Source: the human T2T-CHM13v2.0 reference genome, Homo sapiens
DNA length: 64,000 nt
Strand: one strand, 5' to 3'
NCBI RefSeq assembly: GCF_009914755.1
Contig: NC_060929.1
The translations under genes and the position numbers were made by a program. The notes beneath the pieces are model-generated. The model searched no databases, was not told where the DNA came from, and saw only the letters and a list, made by a program, of their open reading frames with translations. Below, one piece after another: positions 13,476 through 28,140 of the stretch (position 1 is the stretch's first letter; each line of letters begins with the position of its first letter).

Positions 13476-16283
13476 ATGTCCAAGGATATGCAAGCAACAG
13501 GACTATAACATACACCTCTTGAAGCTAAGTCATTGGCTTTACAAATCCACTATTGCTGCTTATATGTTTTATGGCTGTGATTGGGAAGCTCCCAACCCCC
13601 ACAAGTACAGTAGCTTAAATAAACATTTTTCTCTCACATGTTATTACAGAATTCAGTGTCTGTCAGTCAGAAAGTGATGTCCATCCCTGGATCCAAGTTG
13701 GCTGTCCCAGTTGTTGGCATTTCCTAGCCAGTTGAAAGGGGGAAAGAGGGAGTGGACAGCCCAAAGCTTCCTTAGGAAGACATGATGGGGAAGTTGCACA
13801 CACCGCCTTCACAAGAGATATAGGAGAAGCTAGTTTGGGGAATGTATGCCCAATTAAAACTTGGCGAGTTTTGTTACGAGAAGGAAGAGGAGAGTAGATG
13901 TAGGGGGCAATGAGCAGTCTGAGACCTTGTCACAAGCCATCAGATGATACAGGTTATCACCGTAACCATTTTACATAGGAGAAACAGGGGCTCAAAGAAG
14001 TTCACCATTGGCCAGCCTTAATGAAATGGTTTTCACCATTAGTGAAATAGCAGAAATCATAATATTCCACTTTAGTTCCCCATTTCATCATTTCACACAC
14101 AGATACCACTTCATGTTCTGTGCTCAGATGAGATTAGCCAATTTTAATCCTGCTACATCATTCAGCCTTGATCTCTTAGAAGTTTAAGAGTGATTAAAAC
14201 ACTCTTAGAAGTGTTTCAATCAAAATGGACAAGGAAGTAAGCAGAGGTGAGAGCCCAGAGGGCTGGGACGCTGTCTGACCCTTTGACAGCATAGCTTGCC
14301 TCCTTCTGTATACTGGGCTCCTGGGGAGACTGCCTTCAAAGGCTGTATACCCAAATAAGGTAGGACTCGGGTCTCAAGCAGATGGGGTTGAGTGTACATT
14401 GGGGGCTTTGTAAATAATGAGAGTCAGGTTCTCTGGTTGCTGAGCAACAAACAGGTCATCAGTAGGTAGAGTAGTCACAAGTTCTTGTTTGCTGGGACAG
14501 TCCTTGTTTACAGCTGTTGTCACAGTGTAATTAAGAATGCCCCTCTCAAAACTGCACCAGTTTAAATAAATTATAATGTACCCTACCGATAGGCCTATGT
14601 TACCGCTGACACTCAGGCTTAAATGTTTTGGGGCAAAAACACTTTGGAAATGTTGAACAGCTAAGCAAGAGAGATGCCTGACATGCCTTAATTCAAGTCT
14701 GTGGATTTGATTGCCATTGTGAAGTCCCAGTGAGAAATTGCTAGTTATTTCCTGGTTCAAATTAGTGGAAATTCCATTCTGCTGGGTAAACCCAAACAAT
14801 CTAGTTATAAAGGTAATTTTGTTATCTGTTCTTAGATTATCAAACAGCATGTCTTTGTTTTATACTGTAAATTAATGATTAAAATATCTAGAAACAGAAG
14901 CATGCATAGTCACAAATTATCCAAACTACATAAGACTTTATAAAAATCTGTAAGACACATTTAATAAGTAACCTAGAATTCATCTATTTCCCGTCTATGC
15001 CCTTTGGTTTCAATGACACTTTTCAGAATACTGAGTGACACTGCACATGGAATTTCAGAAATGTTCTGAGTTAATCAAAATGTACTCAATTTGTAGCACA
15101 ACAATTTTATTTCCCAGGGGTCATCACCACCACTCCATATCTAAGAACCTGATAAAAAATCCTGGAGATTTGTAAAATGAGTTCTCAAGGAACTTTGGAG
15201 TAAGAAAGATGTAGCTAAAGATCAACACATAAAAAGGTCTGCTTCTTGAAGTTGGAATGAAACACAGGAAATATTCATTATCTAAGAATGGGTAAAAGAA
15301 TAAAAGCTACTTAAGGTGAATTCACTCACAATAGCAACCAGAATTTCATAGTACGTGATGAAAACAAAGGTTTGATAGAACTAAAAAACTACATTTTTGT
15401 ATAACTTTCCAACAAAATTGTAGTTCAGCATATACCATATTTTACTTAATGCTTGATTTTTTGCAACATGACCACAAAGAGGATGACTTAGCCTCACTTT
15501 TGAAAGCCTCAGCATGTGCAATTTTGAGCAGTTCCATTCACTTCCATCAGACATTACTTCTATGAAATCCTGAATATTTCACAAGATTTACATTTTTATT
15601 TTGCAGATCAATTGACATTGTGTTAACAGTGCATTGTTGAATATTCCAGACCACGAATCATACTGGAACCTAAATAAAGACACTGATATGATTGGTGGGA
15701 ATCAACACGAAATGGAGAATATTTGAACAGGGAATAATTTCATGACTGTTCGGTCTATTAGATAATATCTTTCAAGTCCCTCATGTCAACGAGCAACAGC
15801 AGCAAGGCTGTAAGTAATGAACTCTGGACTTATCGAGGACACCCTATACTTTAGGCTTGAGTCCTAACTCCAGCTTGCACTCTGGTCTTGAACAAGTCAC
15901 TTTGTCCTCCAAGCCCAAGAAAACCAGATTTTTGTGGGATCCAAGGGGTTCTGTATAAATGCTTTAATGGACATGTTCTGAGGACGTGTGCTCATACATT
16001 TCCTTCAATTCAAGAGTCCAAACCTCGAATCTAAGGTCTTTCACATGGTTCCTAAAGTTGCTCCCAGCACTCACATTCTCTGGTTTCTGATTGAATTCTC
16101 AGTGGGGAATAAAAGTAGAAGATTAGATTAAATGCGGGGTGCAGCGGGGGGTGGGCGGTGCAGGGGGAAGTCTTTGAACTGTTACCTGTCGTCAGTGTTG
16201 AAACGTAGGTAGGTAATCCATCTATTCTAACACACAATCTACTCTCCAGAAACTCCTTGAAACTTATTTTACAGAAATACAGA

Positions 16284-16693
<410 letters not shown>

Positions 16694-17580
16694 GATTTTT
16701 TGAGTTTATGGTTTCAGGGGAGTCAGGATGCTGTATGGAATACTTAATGATGTATATACAATTGCAAATCATTAGAAATACTGGGCACTCAGCTGAATCT
16801 ATTTTTAAGGACTTAAAACATCACTAACTACTATCCTATATAAGTAATGATGACTAAAATATCATTGTACTCATCAGGCTAGGAAAACAAAAATAGCATG
16901 TACTATTTAATATGGGTAGAGTGAGTCGGCTTTCTGAGAACAGTAACTTGGCCTCTTATACAATTATTCCAAACCTTGGCATCATCATAGCTGTAACTTT
17001 ATTAAAGACTAAACAGTAAACTAAGAAAACCTCAATGTGATATTCTTGTAATAGCAAATAGAAGAAATAAATTGTTTTGATGGACCAGCTCCACTTTCAA
17101 GGCTCTTTAGAATCTCCTTTGATGGACTTAGAAGATTTGAGTTGCATTTATTCATCATCTGCTCATCAGGAATGGAGGGACTCAGGGAAATCTGGCATGA
17201 TAGTTCTACATTAGTGTATGGCTGAACTCATGAAAGCTTGAGTGACAAGGTTCAGTGGTGGATGGGCTAAAGCCAAGGGTTTTAGGAAGTTATTTTTTAT
17301 TTAGCACTCTTAGCCAAATAGAACCTGTCTGTCAGTGTGGGGTTTGAGAACTTTATGTAAAAACTTGAAGCAGGTTATGGAGACTGTTAATTCAAATAGA
17401 ATCAGAGGCTAGGACATGGAAACTTGTTAAAGCAATTTACTGAGCTGATTTCTCAGAAATTTTTGGAATTTTAAAGGACTCCAGGAGATCAAGTTTGTTG
17501 GGCTCCTGAGCAGACCATACTTCGTAACAGATGGTAAGAGACATGTGAATGATTGAAGCTGTATAGAAGAACAATGAGCA

Positions 17581-17878
17581 GGCTGGGCACGGTGGCTCAC
17601 GCCTGTAATCCCAGCACTTTGGGAGGTGGAGGAGGGCAGATCACTTGAAGCCAGGAGTTCTAGACCAGCCTGGCCAACATGGTAAAACCCTGTCTCTACT
17701 AAAACTACAAAAATTAGCTAGGCGTGGTGGCACACACCTGTAATCCCAGCTACTCAGGAGACTGAGGCACGAGAATTGCTTTTACCTGGGAGACAGCGGG
17801 TGCAGTGAGCCGAGATCATGCCAGTGCACTCCAGCTTGGGCAACAAAGTGAGACCATCTCAAAAAAAAAAAAAAAAAA
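17581..17878 (+). mobile_element. Alu (AluS-like)
   Basis: Full dimer from GGCTGGGCACGGTGGCTCACGCC to the poly(A) tail. Confidence 0.95.
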
Positions 17879-18064
17879 GGTGGGGTGGGGGGTATCGTTT
17901 ACCAATTCAAGTATGTGCCAGTATTTAGATTAAAACTGAACATAAAGTAACTGACAATAGGAATTACTTTCTATTGAACTGCCATGAGATTAAAATCAGA
18001 TTTTCAAAAATTACACTGAAGTGAAAGTAAATTAACAGTCTCAGAAGACATCTGGAGGTTCTAA

Positions 18065-18630
18065 TGGCTATGTAAGGATGGACATTTTTGTTACTTGCTT
18101 CCCCAGCATTTATTTCTCCCTTTTTAGTAGTAGCTCCCATTTTTCATTGGGATCCATCCCTTCTCCATTATCGGCCTGTGGGACACCATCCAAGGCTCCA
18201 TGGGGTGGACTCTGCTCAAACACGTGACTCTGGATTTAATCACGCCAATCATGACACCATCTCCTTTTGGTTACAGTGACTCAAAGACTAATGGGTGTGA
18301 CCAGAGTGGATGGTGAGTCGCTGGACTTTCTGGGAGGCTACTGAAGAAACTTTCTAGAGCCAAACCTAGGAGGGTGTGAGGATGTAGCTGCTTTACTACC
18401 TTGAAAGCAGAACAGGGAGATTTCAGGCATCATCTGGAGAAGACTGAGGATGAAGACAGTCAGACATTGAAGAGAAACTGAATCCTAGAGGCCCCATTTA
18501 AGCCCCGAACCCAGCCATGCTGAATGCCAGGTGACCCCTGACTCTTCAGCTCTGTGAGGCAATAAATTCCCTGCTTAGTTCCAGCTTAGACTCAGTTTCT
18601 ATCACTTAGAACAAAATAATCGCGATTAAA
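18065..18630 (+). mobile_element. MaLR LTR (old MLT1-like)
   Basis: 3' end CAGCTCTGTGAGGCAATAAATTCCC...TTTCTATCACTTAGAAC is typical of MLT1. Confidence 0.55.
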
Positions 18631-19183
18631 TGTACTTGCCCTTGAGTTTTGAATATATTTCAGGATGAGCATATCAGGCAACTGTTTCTTAGTTGACCAA
18701 ATTTCAAAAACTGCTGAGAATAACTACAACTGGTGCTTGTGTTGCATGACTCCAGGGGTGCTGTTCAGAGACTACCCAACAAAGAGATTCCCCAAATCCT
18801 AAGGAAGGTGCAAGAAGGTATGAACCCCAGTTCTCTGGAATCTAATTCTGGTCAATGAGGCTCTGAGAAATCTATCTTCCAAAAAAGCCACTAAAGTAAA
18901 ATGGGAGAACAACCAATGAACTAAACCTGGGATTAGAATTGAGGTGTATCCTGCCTGAAAAAGATCTTACAGTTCAAGAATATTTTGTAAGCTAAGTATT
19001 AATATTTTCACTTAATCAAAACTAAACAACCAGCATGAAACCTGTAAGTGTATTTTTATGAAACTGTGAGACCTGTCTTATTATATGTAGTAAAAATATG
19101 AACTTTAGGTCATTGGCCCACTACTTTAATATGGATAGCTTTGCCTTACAAAATGCTGAAGGTAGACAATAGTAATGACAGAC

Positions 19184-19493
19184 TTTTTTTTTTTTTTTTT
19201 GAGACAGGGTCTTGCTCTGTCACCCAGGCTGGAGTGCAGTGGCATGATCTCAGCTCACTGCACCCTCTGCCCCGCCAGGTTCAAGTGATTCTCATGCCTC
19301 AGCCTCTGGAGTAGCTGGGTTTACAGGTGCGTGCCACCATGACCAGCCTTTTTTTTTTTTTTTTTTTTTTTTTGGGTAGAGATGGAGTTTCACCATGTTG
19401 GCCAGGCTGGTATTAAACTCCTGACCTCAAGTGATCTGCCCCCTCGGCCTCCCAAAGTGCTGGGATTACAGGTGCGAGCCATCGCACCTGGCT
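19184..19493 (-). mobile_element. Alu (AluS-like) with expanded middle A-tract
   Basis: Reverse Alu with poly-T at 19184-19200 and a long internal T-run near 19349-19373. Confidence 0.93.
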
Positions 19494-20046
19494 GAATTTC
19501 TAAGAGATATGTCCTCCCCATAAAAATCTCACAGATTTAATCCTAACTGCTAAGTTGAGAAAACTCATTGGAAGCACAGGCTTCTTCAGAAGAGTTTACA
19601 AAGCTGGGTGGCAAGGTCTTCCCCATCATCATGCCAGTTACAGGATGACTGGTGGCTCAAATGGATGGCTGAGGACTCCTAGAACCTTCAACAGCTTTCT
19701 CCGAGTCCCCAACTACTACCACAAAATGTCCTCCCCATAATCCCCTAAAATGACATCACTTAGAGTTCCCTTTGTGTTGTTGAACACCTGCAGGTTCCTA
19801 GCCAGCCAAACTTGAATGTGGTTACTTTAGCCAGCTTGCTGAATCAAGCATGGAACTGGGGAAAGTGGAAATAGGATATCAACGGAAAGCATGTCCCTCT
19901 TTGGACAGGATTAAATTGGTTGAGGGAAGGAATCGAGAAAGCAGCATGTATTCAACTTTCTCTTCTACCACTTAGAGGCACTTACACGTTATTTGATCTA
20001 ACCTTTCATTCAGCCCTTTGAGGTAGGCATCATTAACCGCCCCCAC

Positions 20047-20133
20047 TTTTTTTTTTGAGACAGAGTTTTGCTCTTGTTGCCCAGGCTGAAGTGCAGTGGC
20101 GCAATCTCGGCTCACAGCAACCTCCGCCTCCCG
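20047..20133 (-). mobile_element. 5'-truncated Alu right-arm fragment inserted in a MIR-like sequence
   Basis: ~87 bp Alu 3' end flanked by imperfect repeats CATTAACCGCCCCCA and CATTAACCCCA. Confidence 0.8.
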
Positions 20134-20687
20134 CATTAACCCCATTTTTATAGATAACTCATCAGTTATGCAACCCATCAGTTATGTTTGTGTTTCACAG
20201 TGAGATATAACTACAGTGGCTTTCTACAAGAAAAGTGTTTATTTTCTCATGTAACCAGCACAGAGGCAGAAAGGCTAGATATAGCATCACCTGAACAAGA
20301 CTGAAGTAAGAAAGAAGTGGTGAATGGAGAGTGGAGGTACTAGCAGTACCTAGCACAGCTGATGACAGATTAAGTAGGATACTAAATGTAGACAGTCAGC
20401 AAAATAAATAAAGCCAGAATTTGAACCTTGGACCGAACCCAAAGTCAGTGTACCCCCGCCCATATTATAATGACTCTGGATGAGATCCTAAAACTGGAAG
20501 GCACAGATTACCTTAGGTTAAGCCATCAGCATGTAGGAGCAGTTACCAAAATAAGCTCTTCATTTCCACCTTCCTCCTCAGAGCTAATTACCACCGCCAT
20601 CGCTTTCAGCACCTTATCTACCCTTATGTTGTGATTTTCCTCTGATTTGGTCTTGAGGCTGCTCTGGAGAGTGTCTGTAAACTCTAG

Positions 20688-21802
<1,115 letters not shown>

Positions 21803-22449
21803 AACACACGAGCTCTATCATGCCCCTCTAAGGAAGAGAAGTCACACCTAGACCAAAGGTGGCAGGGTGCGACTGGGTTTCACACAGCTGATGCCGGGTC
21901 TAAAAGTGGACGCTGAGGCAGCAGCTATAGTAGACAAGTCATTGACACCTTGAAGATGACGTTTCTAAAGTTTCTTCCTTCAAGAGAACACATGTGCATT
22001 GTCTTGTGCTCAGCACCAGCAGGTGTGGACACCAATCGCTCTTCTCACAAAAGCCATCTTTTTAGTTGCCATTGCCAGGGTTTTGAGGGAACTAGAAAGA
22101 AGGTCAGGAAGCTAATTAGGGGAGGGATGCACGCTTATGGAAGATAATCTCATGCTGAACATCGTGGTGAAAATTTATCCCTTGAGTCCTTCTTAGAAGG
22201 GGGTTTTGCTTTTCTAAGTTGTATTAACTTCATTGTATTTAGCCAACACTCAGGAAAGCATTACAAGAAAAGGTGGCTGTGATGTTTTTTCCCAGATTAA
22301 GTTGTCAACCTAATTTTACACAAGTCAATAATAAGAAAATTCTGGCAGATGACTTCTATGAGCAGGTAACATTTCCTCTCCTAGTTATCGACATGGCCCA
22401 GGTTCAAAATGGCTCAATGTAGGATGGGAACAAGTGTAATGTGCTTCTA

Positions 22450-24230
22450 AGTTAATTGTTTTATTTTGAAATAATCACAAACTTACAGAAATGTTATAAG
22501 TATGTGACAAATAACTCCTTTTTCCTGGATCTATTTGTAATTCACCAACCTGATTCCCATCACCTCTAAATACTTTAGTATGTATTTCCTACAAACAAGG
22601 ACATTCTCCTGTAGAAACATGATGTAACTATCAAAATCAGAAAAGTAACCCTTACATATTGTTGCCATCTAAACCTCAGCCTTCCTTCCATTTTAGCCAA
22701 TTGTCTCCTACGTGTCTTTTATGGCAAAAGGCTCCAGTTCTGAATCATGCACTGCATTTGTCACGTCCCTTAGGTCAACTTTAGTCTGAAACAGTTTCTC
22801 ATTTTTGTCTTTTCTGACCTTGAATCTGTGAGGATTACAGGCTAGTTACCTTGCAGAGTGTTCCTCAATTTGAGTTTTTCTGATGTTTCTTCATAGTCAG
22901 ATTCAGGTGATGCATCTTTAGAGGGAATATCACAGAAGTCCTAAATGCCTCTTGTCAGGTGGCACAGGATTTCCATTTAATGGAAACATCATTGATGATG
23001 TTTCTTCACTTTGACACTTGAGTCAGGTGATGTCTGCCAGCCATTCCCATTGTAAAGTTACTTTTCTCCTCTGTAATTAACAGGTGTTGGTGGAGAAATC
23101 GTTTGAAATTATGTAAGTATCCCATTTATCAAACTTTATTTTATTCACTTCTTTACTTATATCTGAGTGGATTTACATTTCCTATTTTGTTCAACGGGTT
23201 ATAACCTTTCATTATTGTTTAGTTTGTTGCACAAATTGTCCCGTTTGGCCAGTAAGGGCCCTTTCTAGCCAGCTTCTAGTCTTTGTGATATGTTTCCATC
23301 ATTCTTTGATCACTTCCTTTTCTGGCTCAAGATGTCCTAGGCTCATCTTTTCTTTTCCCAACCCTGAAATCAGCTATTTCTCCAATAAGCCCTGGTTTCT
23401 TTTAGTGGAAGGTGATTTTTAGAGATCGAGATCCGGGTATTAGGATTATCACTACTCCTAGGCATCTCAGCCGACAGAGGTAGGCACTGGATCTGTGTTA
23501 CAGTAGGTAGCTAGGCAGGCATGAGCAGGGCGGTGGAGGGCTCCCCCTCAACACACACCAGGAGTGTCAGGCAACCAGCAGGTGATGGTCAGGCGGTTGT
23601 TAACTGTTTCTCTGAATAATTGGTCACAGCCAGCGGCAGGGAGAGGTAGTCTCCTAATAGATAGAAAACATCTGAAACTGGTCAGCAGCTTCCCAATAAG
23701 ATCTCAGGAGTGGGGTGAAGTAAAGCAAGATCCCGGAAGTATGCCAACATATAAAACCCTAGGTCAACAGGTCAGGCTGCACATTTGGTTTCTCAAGTTG
23801 CTCGCTTGGCCCTCTTCCAAGCTGTACTTTCCTTTCCTCCCTGTTCTAAAGCTTTTTAATAAAGTTTTACTCCTGCTTTGAAACTTGCCTTGGTCTCTCC
23901 TTCTACCTTATGCCCCTCAGTCAAATTCTTTTTTCTGAGGAGGCAAGAATTGAGATTTGCCGCTGGTAACTTGGGGGTAACTTGGATACCTGCCACCCCT
24001 AACATCTGTCTACACACACACATTTAGAGCTACATTTATACATCTATGGATACGGAAAACCATGGATTCACACTGATACATTAAATTCCCATTCAACACC
24101 GTGGCTTCCATCTCATTTTCTCCCTCTCCACATTTGTAACTCCCTTCACTAATGGTGAAAAATCTCAATTCCATATGATTAATATATTTTGTATTTTATC
24201 AAATCCCCTGGATGTAACCAACCTCCCACT
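22450..24230 (-). mobile_element. Old L1M (L1MC-like) 3' region, interrupted by a solo LTR
   Basis: TTTATTTTGAAATAATCACAAACTTACAGAAA... and ACAAACAAGGACATTCTCC motifs typical of antisense L1MC 3' UTRs. Confidence 0.6.
23496..24004 (+). mobile_element. Solo LTR, ERV1/MER4 group (MER50/MER84-like), 509 bp
   Basis: TGTTA...TAACA termini, 4-bp TSD TCTG (23492-23495 and 24005-24008), internal TATAAAA and AATAAA. Confidence 0.85.
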
Positions 24231-25696
24231 GACCCATCGCCATGTGCTCCCCTGTACTCACCTCTTGTGGGTCCTAGCTCTCTATAACTGAGCTGCCCCT
24301 ACGGGGATGCCTTCCTCACCCAGTGTGGCTCTGACACCCTGCAGCAGCCCCCCCGACTTCCACCCTCTCCCTCCCACTGCCTGGCATCCTCAGCTTGGGG
24401 TTCGATTCTCTGTGCTGGGCCATTCTCTTCAGGGACACTGTCCATACTTACTTGGGCTCCAATACTCTGTAGGACTTGAACACACCATGCTGAGCTGCCC
24501 CTCTGCAGGACTGCCTCCTGACCCTGTCCTGATGCAGGCACTGCACTCTGTGCCACTGTGGTTTCCTTCACCCTGGCGCCCATACAGTCTTCGCTCTGCC
24601 CTACCTAATGGTTTTAGCACTGAATTGTTCAGGAAGGAAAGAGAATGAGAAATAAGTCATGAGATCTGGATTAAAACAAAATTTAGAAAATAGCATTGGA
24701 ACTCGAAATGAACCATGACCTTTGACTTGAAAGAAAGAAAAAGAGAAGGAATTTTGGAGGCCTCCAGGCCAGTGGTCATTTCCTCTGTTGAGGGCAGTGG
24801 ATTAAGTGGTATTTATGTGTTTAAAGGGGCAGATCCCTGCACAGTAGAAGTGGTTTTCCCCCTAATACGTAAAGGAGACAATAGATCTAGAGAATGCCCA
24901 CTGTTGGTCTAGCCTTGGAACAACAGAGGTGGTGCATCAGCTTAGTTTCTCAACACCAGCTGCACCCATAGTGGATGACCACGCACATCCTTCAGAGAGG
25001 CCTCAGGACCTCCTGGCCCATGGCTCTGGCTTCTGTGACTGCCCTAGCAACTTGACCCTCAAGGATTCTTTTCTTCCGCTACATAAAAGATAATCTCATA
25101 GGAGGCTTCATCATTTATCTTCAAAGCTTTAAAAATAAATTTGGACATTGTGTTTACTGCACGACTTACTTGAAACTGCTGCTGTTTAGGAGAGTGGATT
25201 TCAGTATTATTCATGAATTCTGTGAGAATCTAGATGGTTGTTTCACACTAGGCAGAAATTTCAAATGATTATAAAGGAAAACATGAGTCTTAAAATAACT
25301 TGGTATGTTTATTTAGAAACACAGGAGGTAATGGAAGTTTGTATTAGTATGTTTTAGCAAAGCCTTATCAAGATGGACACTGGGAACTCCTGACAACAAC
25401 ATGGCACAATGACTGGCCTCTCAGGCTGTGTACCTGGCCTCTCGTCCTTAAGCAGAGCACAGCACAGCCTAACAGCCCCTCTCAAGAAATAGCAGTGAGG
25501 AAGGAGTTCGTGCTATGCCTGCAAATTCCCCAGGAGAAAAGCCTTGGTTTGTTTTAGAAAACATATTTGCTTGTTTTTATATTTCTAGAAAAGATTAGCA
25601 AAATTCTTGCCCTTTAGAGTTTTTAAAAAGGTAAAATAGAATTGTGATTGGGGGAAATGTTAGCACTTAGTTTCTGTCTTGAGTAAAATCATAAAG

Positions 25697-25914
25697 CAAG
25701 ATTCTCCAACCCATGGCCCACAGGCTGCATGCAGCCCAGGATAGCTTTGAATGTGGCCCAACACAAATTCATAAATTTTCTTGAAACATTATGAAATTTG
25801 TTTGCATTTTTTTTTAAAGCTCATCAGCTATCATTAGTGTATTTTATGTGTGGCCTAAGACAATTTTCCTCCTTCCAATGTTGCCCAGGGAAGCCAAAAG
25901 ATTGGACAGCCTTG
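25697..25914. mobile_element. MER30 (hAT-Charlie) DNA transposon
   Basis: ...GAATGTGGCCCAACACAAATTC...GCCCAGGGAAGCCAAAAGATTGGACA matches the MER30 consensus as I recall it. Confidence 0.8.
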
Positions 25915-27959
25915 TAGGTCAGAACACTCCTCGCCTCAGAGGGGCCTCCTTCCTGCAGTGCCAGCGAGGACCTGTGAGGCTCTGCTGGGACGCAGACGCA
26001 GACAGGCCGCCCCACCTCAGCCTCACTGCCTTGTGAGCCCTGAGGCCCAGGAATGTGCACGACTAGAGACTCCATTCTTAGTTTGAGGGCTGGAAGCAGT
26101 GGGATCATGAGTGGGTATTTCCAGGTCCTATAATGATAGACAATTAAGGAAAACTGAAACCCTTCAGCCAGCCTCAGGACCCGAGAGTCCTGTGTTCTCT
26201 GTTGTGATCAAAGAAACAAAGTAAAGTGTGTCCCGAAAAGTCACTCAGCCCTAATTATGGCAGGACTCAAAACAGAGGGAAAGAAAGTAGTGATCCTATG
26301 ACAGGATACCTTGCTTATAAGGTGGCTTTCTAAGCAAAAACCATGAATAAATTATAATCGAAAATTTCTACACAAAAATATTTGAGGATAAATGGAACTG
26401 TGTTCACTGGGCACTTAAAACACATACACACAAGGCATAATATCGGTGGATTAACTTTGCTTCAAGAAATAACATAGATCGTGCAAGTCCCTGTGTGGTT
26501 AAGATTTTTGGCAGAAAAAATAAGCAATCTTTGTCCAAACTTTAGTGTGTGTAAGAATCTCCCAGGAAACTGTTAATAATGCAGATTCCTCAGCTCCACC
26601 CCCAGAGATTGCTTCACACGTCCACGGAGCAAACTGTAATAGACAACAAATTAGGGAGAAAAGAGGAAGGGTATCATAGTCGGCCAGGACTGTTTAGTGT
26701 GATGGAGGCCTGGGGAGCCCAAGTCCCTCATTGTTGAGCTGCAGATAGCCAGGAGAAAGGCATGGGTGTACCTCCTTTGAAAAGAACAAATTTACTAAAT
26801 TATAAAAGTAATATATTATATTCAGTTAGAGAAAAGAAACAACTAATACTATTATCCAATTACTCTAACATGTTAACTCTATTATTACCTCATTCCCGTC
26901 TTTTTAACAGATGCCTAATTTTACACAATCAGAGGACATGCATTTATAAATTGCCTCCTCCTTTCCTCTCTGTTTTATTGCACATAAGCCCTATTCCATG
27001 TCTCCTCCTGGTCTCCCTAAACATAATCGTAATGAGCTCCATGTTGTCCTATTGGTTTCAAGGTCACTTACTTTATCATCATCCAGCTGTTGAACGTTTA
27101 CTTTGCTTCCAGCGTTGCCATGTTGAATACCTTCATTCCTAGAACCTTTGACCTTCGGTTCCAATCTGAAGGTAGATTCCCTTCATCCTTCGGATCTGTT
27201 TTTTTTAACCCACTGAATGCTCTTCTCTTGTGATCTTCCTCTCAAGTCAGGGCCCAGGTACAGCCTACTGGCCTTGAGAGCAGTGCTGCAAAGGGCTGGG
27301 GGCAGTGGAATTTTCACCGAGTCCAACTACTGAAGGATGCTAAGAAGGAAGGGAATTTTTTTTTTCTGTGCTAGAGATTGTCCAGATCTCTGGAATAATT
27401 GTAAAAAAACAAACAAAAATAAACAAACAAGAATCTCTCAGGGACCAAAGAAGAGCTTATAGAATTAAAGAAAGGAGGCTTTTTGGAATGAAAGGAAAGG
27501 AGAAAAACGGAAAATAAAACACAACCTGAAAGCTTGAAAAATGATAACAGCTAATGCTTATTGAGTTCTTTTTTGGGGACTTTGAGGGATCTGAGGAAAT
27601 GGTGTCCCTCTTTCCTGATCCGCTTCTAAACAAACAGAGGAATAAGAGAAAGGAGTGGCAGATAGTGGCCAAAGCTGCACCTTTGTTACTGATATAGGCT
27701 GAGGAAGGAAATGGTTTATTTCTGTAGGCAAATGCTTTTCTCCAGAGCCACTTCTAGGGCGCGCAAGGTCCTGGGCAAATATTTTTGTTGGGTTCCTGTC
27801 TACATAAACAATTTGACTTAAAAATATATTACAAAATTCATGAGCCCATGTGTGATACTGTGATTTGTCAATGAAGATTTAGATCAAATAATGAATGAAG
27901 AAGTCCTTCCATGTGGAAGGAAACATCAGGAATGGGGAAAACGTGTTCCTACCCAACAC

Positions 27960-28140
27960 TGACTATGTGCCAGATCCTAAGTACTTTACATATGTGAACT
28001 CACTCATAATAACCCTAGATAGAAAACCATCTGTTCATGTTTTATAGATGAGGCAACAGGTACATGGAGGTTGAGTAAGCTGCTCAAGACTTCACAGCTA
28101 GAACGTGGTAGGACTAGGATTTAAGCTCAGTCAGCCTGGC
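27960..28140 (-). mobile_element. MIR
   Basis: ACTATGTGCCAG...TTTTATAGATGAGGCAACAGG...CACAGCTAG...AGGATTTAAGCTCAG core. Confidence 0.6.

Noticed and set aside
14374-14850. 158-aa minus-strand ORF
   Set aside because: No recognisable family or motif, and the length is compatible with chance in 64 kb. A BLASTP/PhyloCSF hit would change this.
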